Shown here: positions 19,923 through 28,667 of the stretch, piece after piece
Position numbering within the stretch: position 1 is the first letter of the stretch
Layout: each line of letters opens with the position of its first letter
Assembly (NCBI GenBank): GCA_017991835.1
Contig: JAGOPY010000005.1
Coordinates: forward strand, 12,148-76,147
Direction: 5' to 3'
Length of the DNA stretch: 64,000 nucleotides
DNA from: Bacteroidales bacterium
GTDB lineage: Bacteria > Bacteroidota > Bacteroidia > Bacteroidales > JAGOPY01
Position numbers and translations under genes: made by a program
The notes under the pieces: generated by a model
Database searches by the model: none
The model's input: the letters and a program-made list of their open reading frames with translations, nothing else
What the model was told of the DNA's origin: nothing

Positions 19923-21866
19923 TTAATAAACAATCAGCTTCCGGACTATTTTTAATTGGCTGTATGATATTTCAACGAAATAGACACCCTGATCAAGGTT
20001 TCCAACGTCAATCGTGGTAATTTCCTGATGAATCCGTTTTGAAACCATCATCTTTCCCCGGATATCGTATATGATCACTCCGGCATTATCTTTCATTTCT
20101 TCGAACTGAATAGTCAGAATATCCTTGGCGGGATTTGGATAGATCAGGATCGCGGGCACATTGCTTTCGGTGATTTCTTCATACGTCAGCTTTACATAAA
20201 CCGAATCAGAGCCCAAACAACCCCAAGGAGACTCCATCTCAACCGAGTACATTCCTTCGGCATTTATTACAATACCTGCCGTGGTGTCGCCGGTATTCCA
20301 CAGACAGGAATAAAGTCCGGCCCCGGCATCCAGCATATCCCCGGTGTGCAATTCCAGCGTATCATTGCCATGAAAAGCAGCTATTGGAATCTCTTCTACG
20401 ATTAGCTCGATAATTTCCTGGTCGGTGCAGCCAACTTGGTCGGTGGCAAGCAGAGTATAGAGGCCGGCATCAGCGGGGGTGACGCTGACGAAGAACGGGT
20501 CGGAGCTGGTGCTATCGCCCGTCGGATAAATCCAACGGTAACTAAAGGGTGGCTGGTTGCCTGTCGCAATACTCATTATGCTGACGAACTGCCCGGCGCA
20601 GACAGTTTTACTCTGATCCAGCATGATCTCCGGTGGTTCATAAATCATCACCTCGCCATTCTGGAAATCAGCCGGAACAGGATTGCCTTCGGAATCTAAG
20701 AAATAGCTATCGGTATCACCCGTGTACCATTGAATGTCGCCCTGTCCTGGATTAATGGTGGTGAACACAAGTTCTGCCAGGGTTTCCGGTTGGATGAATG
20801 TTACGGGTGTAAATGAATTCCAGGCTAAATGAATATCTCCCGCCACCGGGTCGACCCATCCTGAGAGGCTGTCGGCAAGTTGCGGATGAACATTGGCGAA
20901 GCCTTCGCATTGCAGTTTGTCGGCGTTGTAACTTAATCTCAAATGAAAGGACGCAACGGATTGGAAATTATTGACATCAAGAGGAACCATAGCCGTACTT
21001 CCAAGGCAATGTCCTCCTTCGCCGGTAACTATATGTATGTAAGTCAGGATGATGTTTTGAATCTCAATCATGAAAGTCGTGTCGCAATCGTTTTCGTCTT
21101 TGACGATGCAGATATATATACCTGCTGTTAAATTGTTGAAGGTTCCATTGTTCGATTGGTAGGTGTTGCCGTTGTCATTAGAGTAATAGAGCGTTGCTGT
21201 GCTTCCGGTTGCTATAATTTCCATCGATCCGTTTGACAAAAAATCGGTTTCATCCGTGACGACGATTTGCTGTACCTGCGGGCCGGGAATATCTGCCAGA
21301 ACAACCGGGTTGGAAGGATAAAAACCAAAACATCCATTCACATCCTTAATCCGTACTACGTAAACTCCACCGGCCAACCCGGAGAAAACGCCGTCGGCCT
21401 GGTACGAAACGCCGTCATCTATTGAATACTCAAGAGTGGACCCGGAGGGCGAGAACGCTTGGACGATAATCTGGCCATCCGGCCGGTCACAATGGGGATT
21501 GGTTATTTGGACCCCGGTTACCTGGAGATTCCCTGCATCTACGATGCTATAATAAGGAGAATTCTTCTGGCAGCCGTTGCCGTCGGCGGCGGTGAGCCGG
21601 TATTGTCCGGCTGGGAGGCCAAACGCATCAATGGATGAGCCATAAGCATCACCGGCCCCGTTAAGCCACTGGAAGGTGAAAGGCGGAGAGCCGAGGAAGG
21701 TAAGCCCGGTAATCGAACCGCTGGCTCCATTGCAGGTTGTAGGGGTGATTACCATTGAAGTTTCGATGATGCGGCAAGTAGAATCGAGTGAAAGGGGCCC
21801 CTGACCAAGAACAGAAGGGGAAAAAACAATCAGGGCTGAACAAAGAAGCACATTCACAACACGCAT
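19923..21866 (-). CDS. Secreted T9SS cargo with SprB-like repeats, a cohesin-like domain and a type A C-terminal sorting domain
   Basis: 647 aa with a signal peptide. The SprB-type repeat reads TPTTCNGASGSITGL...PPFTFQW...GQYRLTAADGNGC. The cohesin-like block reads VPLDVNNFQSVASFHLRLSYNADKLQCEGF. The C-terminus is IYPNPAKDILTIQF...GVYFVEI...KLIVY. Confidence 0.85.
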   Translation of the reverse strand: MRVVNVLLCSALIVFSPSVLGQGPLSLDSTCRIIETSMVITPTTCNGASGSITGLTFLGSPPFTFQWLNGAGDAYGSSIDAFGLPAGQYRLTAADGNGCQKNSPYYSIVDAGNLQVTGVQITNPHCDRPDGQIIVQAFSPSGSTLEYSIDDGVSYQADGVFSGLAGGVYVVRIKDVNGCFGFYPSNPVVLADIPGPQVQQIVVTDETDFLSNGSMEIIATGSTATLYYSNDNGNTYQSNNGTFNNLTAGIYICIVKDENDCDTTFMIEIQNIILTYIHIVTGEGGHCLGSTAMVPLDVNNFQSVASFHLRLSYNADKLQCEGFANVHPQLADSLSGWVDPVAGDIHLAWNSFTPVTFIQPETLAELVFTTINPGQGDIQWYTGDTDSYFLDSEGNPVPADFQNGEVMIYEPPEIMLDQSKTVCAGQFVSIMSIATGNQPPFSYRWIYPTGDSTSSDPFFVSVTPADAGLYTLLATDQVGCTDQEIIELIVEEIPIAAFHGNDTLELHTGDMLDAGAGLYSCLWNTGDTTAGIVINAEGMYSVEMESPWGCLGSDSVYVKLTYEEITESNVPAILIYPNPAKDILTIQFEEMKDNAGVIIYDIRGKMMVSKRIHQEITTIDVGNLDQGVYFVEISYSQLKIVRKLIVY

Positions 21867-21921
21867 TTTCTTCTGGTTTGGGGGTTTAATACCATATGAA
21901 CAGGTAAATATACAACAAATT

Positions 21922-22069
21922 GGGACGCCATCCCAAGGGATGGCGTCCCTTCCGTTTCACGAGTTAATCCGCCGGTTCAACAGGTGTTCCTCTTCCGACG
22001 ACTAAAGCCGTCGGTTCCAACTTTCGTAAAACCATAGGAACCAACGGCTTTAGTCGTTAGAGCACGAAC
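21922..22069. repeat. Repeat cluster upstream of the T9SS cargo gene: a 28-nt perfect palindrome, an exact second copy of the 46-nt unit, and a hairpin partner arm
   Basis: GGGACGCCATCCCAAGGGATGGCGTCCC lies at 21922-21949. The 46-nt unit at 21974-22019 is identical to 19843-19888. GGAACCAACGGCTTTAGTCGTTAGAGCACGAAC (22037-22069) is the reverse complement of 19721-19753 with 1 mismatch. Confidence 0.85.
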
Positions 22070-22585
22070 TAATATCAGGCCATTACTGTGAATTATCAGG
22101 CTTTTGAGAAAGCCGCGTCCCTTTTATTATGGTATACACTCGGTCTCCTTATTTTTCCAAAGTTTATGTTAAAATTATTCCATAAAGATTTGATTTCCAC
22201 ACTTTATTTTATTCTATTTATGGCTTAATAGTAATGTTAAATAATTACCAGACTTAAGTACCCCATACGTTCTATTTGCTGCCAAGTCGCTAGTTATTCA
22301 AAAAGTTGTCTTTAGTGATCACATCAGGGTATTAATTATTTATCAAATTAATATTAGATAAATATTATTTGATTAAAATTATTTACATAATGATGTTCCA
22401 TGCATATGTGATATTCTAATGTTGGTTAAATGAGATTATCTGAAATGCAAACGGCAATAATTCAATGAATATATAAACGATATTAATAAAAATAGTGATT
22501 CGATTCACAATAGGACCATTCTAATTAAAACCAATAACAATGAACCTTAAAACATTGAAACTATGAAACGATTATTACTTTTTTT

Positions 22586-23773
22586 ATGCTAATCGCTTTT
22601 TGCGGTCTTTATGAAGCTCTTGGCCAGTGGAATACCAACGGCAATAATATTTACAACACAAATATCGGTTATGTCGGGATAGGGAACAATTCACCCTCAA
22701 CACTTTTGACAGTCGCTAAAAGCATGACTGAACCCACTATTACAGTTCGTAACCTTGGCGGAAACGGAGGAGCTACTTATACAATGACAGACGATGCAAG
22801 CGGAGCAAATTGGAAGTTCAAAGCGACAGGATTGGGAGGATTTAAGATACGTGACCAGGGTAACCTGATGGATGTAATCACTATAGAAGCGAACAGCTTT
22901 GCTAATGCAATTTACATTAAAAGCACTGATAATATTGGTATCGGGACTTCAACACCAGATCCTTCGGCTGTGATGGATGTTAATTCAAATACGAAAGGGC
23001 TATTATTACCAAGGTTGACCGAAGCGGAGATTGCTGCTATTTCAAATCCTGCAGATGGCCTTATAGTTTATAACACAACAGACGGAAAGTTTTATGCCTT
23101 TATCTTGAATCAAGGCTCCTGGAAGGAATTATCATTTGGAACAGAAATAATCCCTCCTGATAATTTTGTTTGTGGTTATTCCCTTAGCGTAAATCATGTG
23201 GCTGGCAATGTAGCTCCAGTTAGCAAGTCGGTGATTTATGGCACAGTTACTAATGTCCCAGGTGAACCGACAAAATGCTGGACCACTAGCAACCTAGGCG
23301 CTGATCATCAGGCAACAGCGGCAAATGATGCTACTGAGGCATCAGCCGGTTGGTATTGGCAGTTTAACAGGAGACAAGGATATAAGCATGATGGCACAAC
23401 ACGTACGCCAAATACGACGTGGATCTGGCCCTTAAATGAGAATTCGGACTGGTTATTAACCGATGATCCTTGTTATCTTGAACTTGGCGTAAACTGGCGT
23501 TTACCGACAGCGACTGAATGGATCAATGTGGAAGCGACCGGCGGATGGACAAACTATTTTGGCCCGTGGAATTCACTTCTTAAGCTCCATGCCGCCGGAC
23601 GTCTGGATCCTACAAATGGTTCCTTAGCCGCAAGAGGCTCTGAAGCAGGTTACAGGGGAAGAATCCAGAATAATACAGGTGATGCGAAGGTGCTTTTTAT
23701 GACCAGCAGCAGTTGTTACATACTTGACGCTTATAAAGCAGATGGCTTTAATATCCGATGCATTAGGGAATAA
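22586..23773 (+). CDS. Secreted protein with C-terminal Fibrobacter-succinogenes-major-paralogous (FISUMP) domain
   Basis: 395 aa. C-terminal half: CWTTSNLGADHQ...WYWQFNR...WRLPTATEW...LHAAGRL...GSEAGY...FNIRCIRE, the FISUMP pattern (TIGR02145, from memory). An upstream out-of-frame ATG at 22563 would complete a signal peptide (see findings). Confidence 0.75.
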   Translation: MLIAFCGLYEALGQWNTNGNNIYNTNIGYVGIGNNSPSTLLTVAKSMTEPTITVRNLGGNGGATYTMTDDASGANWKFKATGLGGFKIRDQGNLMDVITIEANSFANAIYIKSTDNIGIGTSTPDPSAVMDVNSNTKGLLLPRLTEAEIAAISNPADGLIVYNTTDGKFYAFILNQGSWKELSFGTEIIPPDNFVCGYSLSVNHVAGNVAPVSKSVIYGTVTNVPGEPTKCWTTSNLGADHQATAANDATEASAGWYWQFNRRQGYKHDGTTRTPNTTWIWPLNENSDWLLTDDPCYLELGVNWRLPTATEWINVEATGGWTNYFGPWNSLLKLHAAGRLDPTNGSLAARGSEAGYRGRIQNNTGDAKVLFMTSSSCYILDAYKADGFNIRCIRE

Positions 23774-23883
23774 TGACTTTTCATTCCTAGCATTTTTACA
23801 GACAACTTATTAGATCTCGTATCAGGATCTAAAAAGAACGGGATCAATGTGACGCTCATATAGCCGTATTGATAGTTGATTTT

Positions 23884-23950
23884 GGTCCGAGACCTGTCCC
23901 CGCTAACAAACATAAGCCCGGCCTTTTGCTACAGGCCGGGCTTATTGTTT
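23884..23950 (+). pseudogene. Orphan copy of the tRNA-fMet 3' end plus its terminator (candidate att-type direct repeat)
   Basis: CCTGTCCCCGCTA (23893-23905) is identical to tRNA positions 19607-19619. The flanks are about 80 percent similar through the terminator hairpin (AGCCCGGCCT...AGGCCGGGCT) and the following TTTTCAC. The T-arm part is degenerate (GGTCCGAGACC). Confidence 0.65.
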
Positions 23951-23956
23951 TCACTA

Positions 23957-24013
23957 GTGAGACTCCATCTCGATTTACCAATCGGGACGCCATCCCAAGG
24001 GATGGCGTCCCTT
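23957..24013. repeat. 57-nt repeat, copy 1, ending in a perfect 13-bp-stem palindrome
   Basis: GTGAGACTCCATCTCGATTTACCAATCGGGACGCCATCCCAAGGGATGGCGTCCCTT. GGGACGCCATCCC and GGGATGGCGTCCC are exact reverse complements. Confidence 0.9.
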
Positions 24014-24184
24014 TTTAATTAAATTTGCTGTTAACTAACATATTTAGCCCTGAAAGAAATAATATATATTGTCTTTGGAGTAGGCAAAAGCGGAACAGCT
24101 TCGCTGTGGAATAGTATATTATGCAATGAAAGAATTAACCTTGATGTTAGCCTTACACCAGCAGAAGCAAAAAGAAATAATGTA

Positions 24185-24766
24185 TTGCACCTTCATAATC
24201 CACAATCCTTAATCAATGTTGTACTTAAATATTATCATGAATTTCAAATTAAAATAATTATCCCTATTCGACTTGATATCAGGAAGCAGGAGATCAGCAG
24301 GTTTTTTCAATATTGTAGAAAAGAGGACAGGCTGAAAAAAATCAAAGACAATTCCTTGATCAAACAATTCAATAATTACCTTATGGATCCCGGCATCAAA
24401 AAAATGTCGTCGGTTGAAGATAATGGTTTTACATTTTATGAAAACAAGTTTCATAAGGCGTTTGAGTTCTTTGGCATTGAGCCGGGAAGAACGCTGGATT
24501 TCAATACAGCCTATGCAGTTCGCAAAAATGTCGATGTAATTTTTATCACAACGGAAAGCATCTCCAAAAATAGCGCTATCGTTCATTTTGTGGGCAGGGA
24601 GAATTACCGGCAAACGGTATCGAATGTCAGGCAAACGGTTGACAATGATCAAGTGCTGATCAATATCCTGCTTTCGCATAAAGTATGCATGAATGGAATA
24701 TTGCAAATAGAAAAATTTATCCATACAACATTCAATATGAAGAATGAAAAGGACGCAGATAATTAA
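24185..24766 (+). CDS. Hypothetical protein (orphan ORF in a very AT-rich segment)
   Basis: 193-aa ORF with a TTG start in the track; the first in-frame ATG is at 24383. A 171-aa ORF on the opposite strand covers the same DNA. The plus frame looks more protein-like to me, but coding status is uncertain. Confidence 0.35.
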   Translation: MHLHNPQSLINVVLKYYHEFQIKIIIPIRLDIRKQEISRFFQYCRKEDRLKKIKDNSLIKQFNNYLMDPGIKKMSSVEDNGFTFYENKFHKAFEFFGIEPGRTLDFNTAYAVRKNVDVIFITTESISKNSAIVHFVGRENYRQTVSNVRQTVDNDQVLINILLSHKVCMNGILQIEKFIHTTFNMKNEKDADN

Positions 24767-24971
24767 TTATTACTGCGAATGACTTTAATAAGAAATTCAA
24801 TGAAGGCAAGGAAATTTCCGAGGACTGTAAAAACTTTGTTTTTTGATACCACACACTAACCTTCATCACACAGGCGCTGGCGGGGTGGCAGAGTTAATCC
24901 CGGGGAAAACCGTTCTACAGGTGCGTGATACAGGTAAGCAGAATAAATCATCCTGATCAGCAATTTGTTAT

Positions 24972-25028
24972 GTGAGACTCCATCTCGATTGACCGATCGG
25001 GACGCCATCCCAAGGGATGGCGTCCCTT
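24972..25028. repeat. 57-nt repeat, copy 2 (direct orientation relative to copy 1)
   Basis: GTGAGACTCCATCTCGATTGACCGATCGGGACGCCATCCCAAGGGATGGCGTCCCTT. It has 2 mismatches to copy 1. Confidence 0.9.
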
Positions 25029-25103
25029 CCGTTAATAGGTGGCAAACAACCGGACATGGGTTCTAAAAGTACAATCTCAGAAAAATAGACGTAACTTTCG
25101 GTC

Positions 25104-25898
25104 GTGAATAAGACCACTTTCCATATTTCCAAAATGGACTGCCCTTCGGAAGAGCGGATGATCCGGATAAAGCTGCAGCCGCAGAAGAGTATAAAATCCA
25201 TGAATTTTGACCTGCAGGGCCGGAGGCTGGAAGTTTATCACGACGGTAATGCTGAAACCATCCTCGATGCCCTGGCGGGCCTGGACCTCGGCACGACGCT
25301 CCTCGGCACAGAGCCGGCCGACTGCCCTGTCGAAGAACCGCACGAAAAGGCTGAAAGGAATATCCTGTGGGCAGTGCTGATCATCAACTTCTCCTTTTTC
25401 CTGCTTGAGTTACTGGCGGGTATCCTGGCAAAGTCGATGGGGCTGGTTGCGGATGGCCTCGACATGCTAGCCGACGCATACGTCTACGGGCTTGCCCTGC
25501 TGGCTGTCGGCGGGGCCCTGGCATTCAAGAAAAGAGTCGCCCGGATTGCAGGTTTTTTCCAGCTTGTGCTGGCCCTCATCGGATTTGCAGAGGTCATCCG
25601 GCGGTTTGCCGGCATGGCAATGATGCCTGACTTCAGGACGATGATCCTCGTTTCGGCCCTGGCGCTCCTGGCCAACATCGCCTGCCTTTACCTGCTGCAA
25701 AAAAGCAGGAGCAGGGATATCCACATGCGCGCCAGCATGATCTTCACCTCCAATGATGTCATCATCAATGCCGGAGTGATCCTGGCCGGGTTTCTCGTTC
25801 ACTGGCTCGGCTCCGGGTACCCCGACCTGGTCATCGGGTCGGTCGTGTTTGTCATCGTGGCCTGCGGGGCTTTCAGGATCCTTAAGCTGGCAGTATAA
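25104..25898 (+). CDS. Cation-diffusion-facilitator-like transporter (transmembrane domain only) with N-terminal HMA-like domain
   Basis: 264 aa with a GTG start in the track. The N-terminus FHISKMDCPSEERMIRIKL resembles a GMxCxxC metal-binding fold with a single Cys. Six predicted TM helices carry CDF-like TM2 (SMGLVADGLDMLAD) and TM5 (SNDVIIN) sites. No cytoplasmic CTD. Confidence 0.6.
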   Translation: MNKTTFHISKMDCPSEERMIRIKLQPQKSIKSMNFDLQGRRLEVYHDGNAETILDALAGLDLGTTLLGTEPADCPVEEPHEKAERNILWAVLIINFSFFLLELLAGILAKSMGLVADGLDMLADAYVYGLALLAVGGALAFKKRVARIAGFFQLVLALIGFAEVIRRFAGMAMMPDFRTMILVSALALLANIACLYLLQKSRSRDIHMRASMIFTSNDVIINAGVILAGFLVHWLGSGYPDLVIGSVVFVIVACGAFRILKLAV

Positions 25899-26036
25899 GC
25901 ATTTCTGCCTTTTCTCCGGTGGAATGCGTACCCTATTAGAAAGTTCCGTCTTTCAATTCATTAATAAGCTACTTTTGTAAAATACAAAAACTAAGATCCT
26001 TCGGGTTTCGCCCTCAGGACCAGCAACCAACAACCC

Positions 26037-26918
26037 ATGACCAAACACCAAGCCGGCTTTGTCAATATCATCGGGAAGCCCAATGTGGGTAAATCGACGC
26101 TGATGAACGCCCTGACTGGCGAGAATATCTCCATCATCACCCCGAAAGCCCAGACAACCCGCCAGCGGATCCTCGGGATCGTGAACGAGGAGAACTACCA
26201 GATCGTCTTCTCCGATACCCCCGGTATCCTGCAACCGCAGTACAGGCTTCAACAAGCCATGATGCGAGAGGTGGAATCGGCCTTCGAAGACGCCGACATC
26301 ATTCTCTACCTGGTCGAAGCCGGGGAAATGCCCGAACAAAACGACATCGCCGAAAGGATAATAAAAACTGAACGGCCGGTCATCCTCATCATCAATAAAA
26401 TTGACCTGACCGACCAGGCTGCCCTTGAAAATAAAATCCTCCGGTGGCAGGAAATCTTCCCTTCAGCCGACATCATCCCGGTATCGGCCCTGCTGAAAGC
26501 CAACCTGCAATCGGTCTTCCGCTCCATCCTTGCAAAACTCCCCGAAAACCCTCCCTATTACGACAAAGACGAGCTGACAGATAAAACGGTCCGCTACTTC
26601 GTTGCCGAAAAGATCAGGGAAAAGATCCTGCTGAACTATCAGAAGGAAATCCCCTACTCCGTTGAAGTTGCCGTGGATCAATTCAAGGAGAGCGACAACC
26701 TGATCCATATCATCGCCTACATCTATATCGCCCGCGAATCGCAGAAGGCCATCCTGCTGGGCCACCAGGGCAGCGCTATCAAGCGGGTTGGCACACAGGC
26801 CCGCCGGGATCTCGAAGAGTGGCTGGGTAAGAAAATATTCCTCGAACTGAGCGTTAAAGTGCTGAAAGACTGGCGCGACAGTGAAAAAGAACTCCGTAAA
26901 TTCGGATATGACCTCTGA
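26037..26918 (+). CDS. era: GTPase Era
   Basis: 293 aa. G1 GKPNVGKST and G3 DTPG. A C-terminal KH domain is present (AYIYIARESQKAILLGHQGSAIKRVG). Confidence 0.95.
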   Translation: MTKHQAGFVNIIGKPNVGKSTLMNALTGENISIITPKAQTTRQRILGIVNEENYQIVFSDTPGILQPQYRLQQAMMREVESAFEDADIILYLVEAGEMPEQNDIAERIIKTERPVILIINKIDLTDQAALENKILRWQEIFPSADIIPVSALLKANLQSVFRSILAKLPENPPYYDKDELTDKTVRYFVAEKIREKILLNYQKEIPYSVEVAVDQFKESDNLIHIIAYIYIARESQKAILLGHQGSAIKRVGTQARRDLEEWLGKKIFLELSVKVLKDWRDSEKELRKFGYDL

Positions 26919-26945
26919 TTGAAAATCAATCGTTACCTTTGCAGC

Positions 26946-28250
26946 ATGCCAAATATCGTAGCCATCGTAGGCCGGCCCAATGTCGGCAAATCCACATTTT
27001 TCAACCGGCTTGTAAAAAGCCGCCAGGCCATCGTCGAAGAAACCGCCGGCGTTACGCGCGACCGCCATTACGGTAAATCGGACTGGAACGGGATCGAATT
27101 TTCAATCATCGATACCGGAGGCTACGTGGAAGGATCGGATGATGTTTTTGAAGAGGAGATCCGCCGCCAGGTGGAACTGGCTATCGGCGAATCCGATATC
27201 ATCATCTTCATGGTCGACGTGAAGGATGGACTGACGGAGATGGACAAAGACGTAGCCCAGCTGCTGCGCAAAAGCCGGAAAAAGATCTTCCTGGCCGCCA
27301 ATAAGGTCGATAACACATACCGGACTTTCGATGTCAATGAGTTCTACGCCCTGGGCCTCGGGCAGGTATATGGCGTCTCCTCCATCAACGGCAGCGGGAC
27401 AGGCGAGCTGCTCGACGAACTGGTCAAAGAATTCAAAGATACGGTGGCCGCCGAAATTCCGGACCTGCCGAAGATCGCGGTAGTCGGAAGGCCGAATGTC
27501 GGGAAATCATCGCTGATCAACGCGTTGCTGGGAGAAGAGCGGCATATTGTCACCCCCATCGCCGGCACAACCCGCGACACGATCTATACGCCATACAACA
27601 GCTTCGGGTTCGAATTCCTGCTGGTGGATACGGCAGGGCTTCGCAAGAAAGGGAAAGTGACGGAGAATATCGAGTTCTACTCGGTGATGCGTGCCATCCG
27701 GGCGATCGAGCAAAGCGATATCTGCCTGCTGATGATCAATGCGGAAGAAGGACTGGAGAGCCAGGACCTGAATATCCTTAGCCTGATCGAGAAAAACCAC
27801 AAAGGGGTGGTGATCCTGGTCAACAAATGGGATCTTGTGGAGAAGGAGAACAACACCATGCGCGACATGGAGGCCTTCATCAAGTCGCGCACAGCGCCAT
27901 TCACCGATCTGCCGGTGGTTTTCACGTCAGTGACCAGTAAGCAGCGGATTTTCAAGGCGATGGAGTGGGCAAGACGGGTTTATGAAAACAAATACCGCCA
28001 GGTATCGACATCGAAGCTGAACGAGCTACTGCTGCCGATCATCCAGGCCACTCCCCCACCGCAAACCAAAGGCAAACTGGTGAAAATTAAATATATCACG
28101 CAACTTAAGATGCATTATCCCACCTTTGCCTTTTTCTGCAATACGCCGCAATATATCAAGGAACCCTATGCCCGGTTTGTCGAAAACAAGCTGAGGGAAA
28201 ACTTCGAATTTACAGGGGTACCGATCCAGATCTTCTTCAGGCAAAAGTAA
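26946..28250 (+). CDS. der: Ribosome-biogenesis GTPase Der (EngA), tandem G domains
   Basis: I moved the start to the ATG at 26946 ([17 protein letters not shown]); the track ORF begins 27 nt upstream. The second G domain reads [14 protein letters not shown]. The C-terminus is KH-like. Confidence 0.95.
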   Translation: MPNIVAIVGRPNVGKSTFFNRLVKSRQAIVEETAGVTRDRHYGKSDWNGIEFSIIDTGGYVEGSDDVFEEEIRRQVELAIGESDIIIFMVDVKDGLTEMDKDVAQLLRKSRKKIFLAANKVDNTYRTFDVNEFYALGLGQVYGVSSINGSGTGELLDELVKEFKDTVAAEIPDLPKIAVVGRPNVGKSSLINALLGEERHIVTPIAGTTRDTIYTPYNSFGFEFLLVDTAGLRKKGKVTENIEFYSVMRAIRAIEQSDICLLMINAEEGLESQDLNILSLIEKNHKGVVILVNKWDLVEKENNTMRDMEAFIKSRTAPFTDLPVVFTSVTSKQRIFKAMEWARRVYENKYRQVSTSKLNELLLPIIQATPPPQTKGKLVKIKYITQLKMHYPTFAFFCNTPQYIKEPYARFVENKLRENFEFTGVPIQIFFRQK

Positions 28251-28259
28251 AACCGGAAC

Positions 28260-28667
28260 ATGCCCCAGGAAAAGCACGACAGCGATGAAGTCCGCATCGA
28301 TAAATGGCTCTGGGCAGTCAGGGTCTATAAAACCAGGAGCCTGGCCACGGAAGCCATCCGAAACGGAAGGGTGAAGGTCGGCGGGCATGTGGTGAAACCT
28401 TCCCGCGAGGTGCACTTGAATGATCAAATTGACATTCACCTGGGCGTTTACCATAAAACGGTAAAAGTCGTTGCCCTGCTGCACAACCGCGTCGGCGCGG
28501 CCCTGGTTCCCAATTTTCTTGAAGATTTAACGCCCGAAGAAGAATATGCCAAACTGAAAATCCAGCAGGAGATGAAGCCGGAGTTCCGGCCGCGGGGCAC
28601 TGGAAGGCCAACCAAGAGGCACCGCCGCCTGATCGATCGCTTAAAAAAAACAAAAGATTTTAGCTAA
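28260..28667 (+). CDS. S4-domain RNA-binding protein (Hsp15/HslR-like)
   Basis: 135 aa; VRIDKWLWAVRVYKTRSLATEAIRNGRVKVGGHVVKPS. Confidence 0.8.
   Translation: MPQEKHDSDEVRIDKWLWAVRVYKTRSLATEAIRNGRVKVGGHVVKPSREVHLNDQIDIHLGVYHKTVKVVALLHNRVGAALVPNFLEDLTPEEEYAKLKIQQEMKPEFRPRGTGRPTKRHRRLIDRLKKTKDFS

Noticed and set aside
24209-24724. 171-aa minus-strand ORF opposite ORF 24185-24766
   Set aside because: In AT-rich DNA long ORFs arise on both strands. The plus frame looks marginally more protein-like, but neither is well supported. Only the plus ORF is listed, at low confidence.
24880-24888. A third occurrence of GCGGGGTGG (the tRNA-fMet 5' start), as a possible further tRNA fragment
   Set aside because: Only 9 nt match and the downstream sequence has no tRNA-like arms. 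A match of this length is expected by chance in 64 kb.
26463-27068. 201-aa minus-strand ORF spanning the era/der junction (also 25953-26339 and 28026-28484)
   Set aside because: These are antisense to highly conserved GTPase genes, so they are shadow ORFs.
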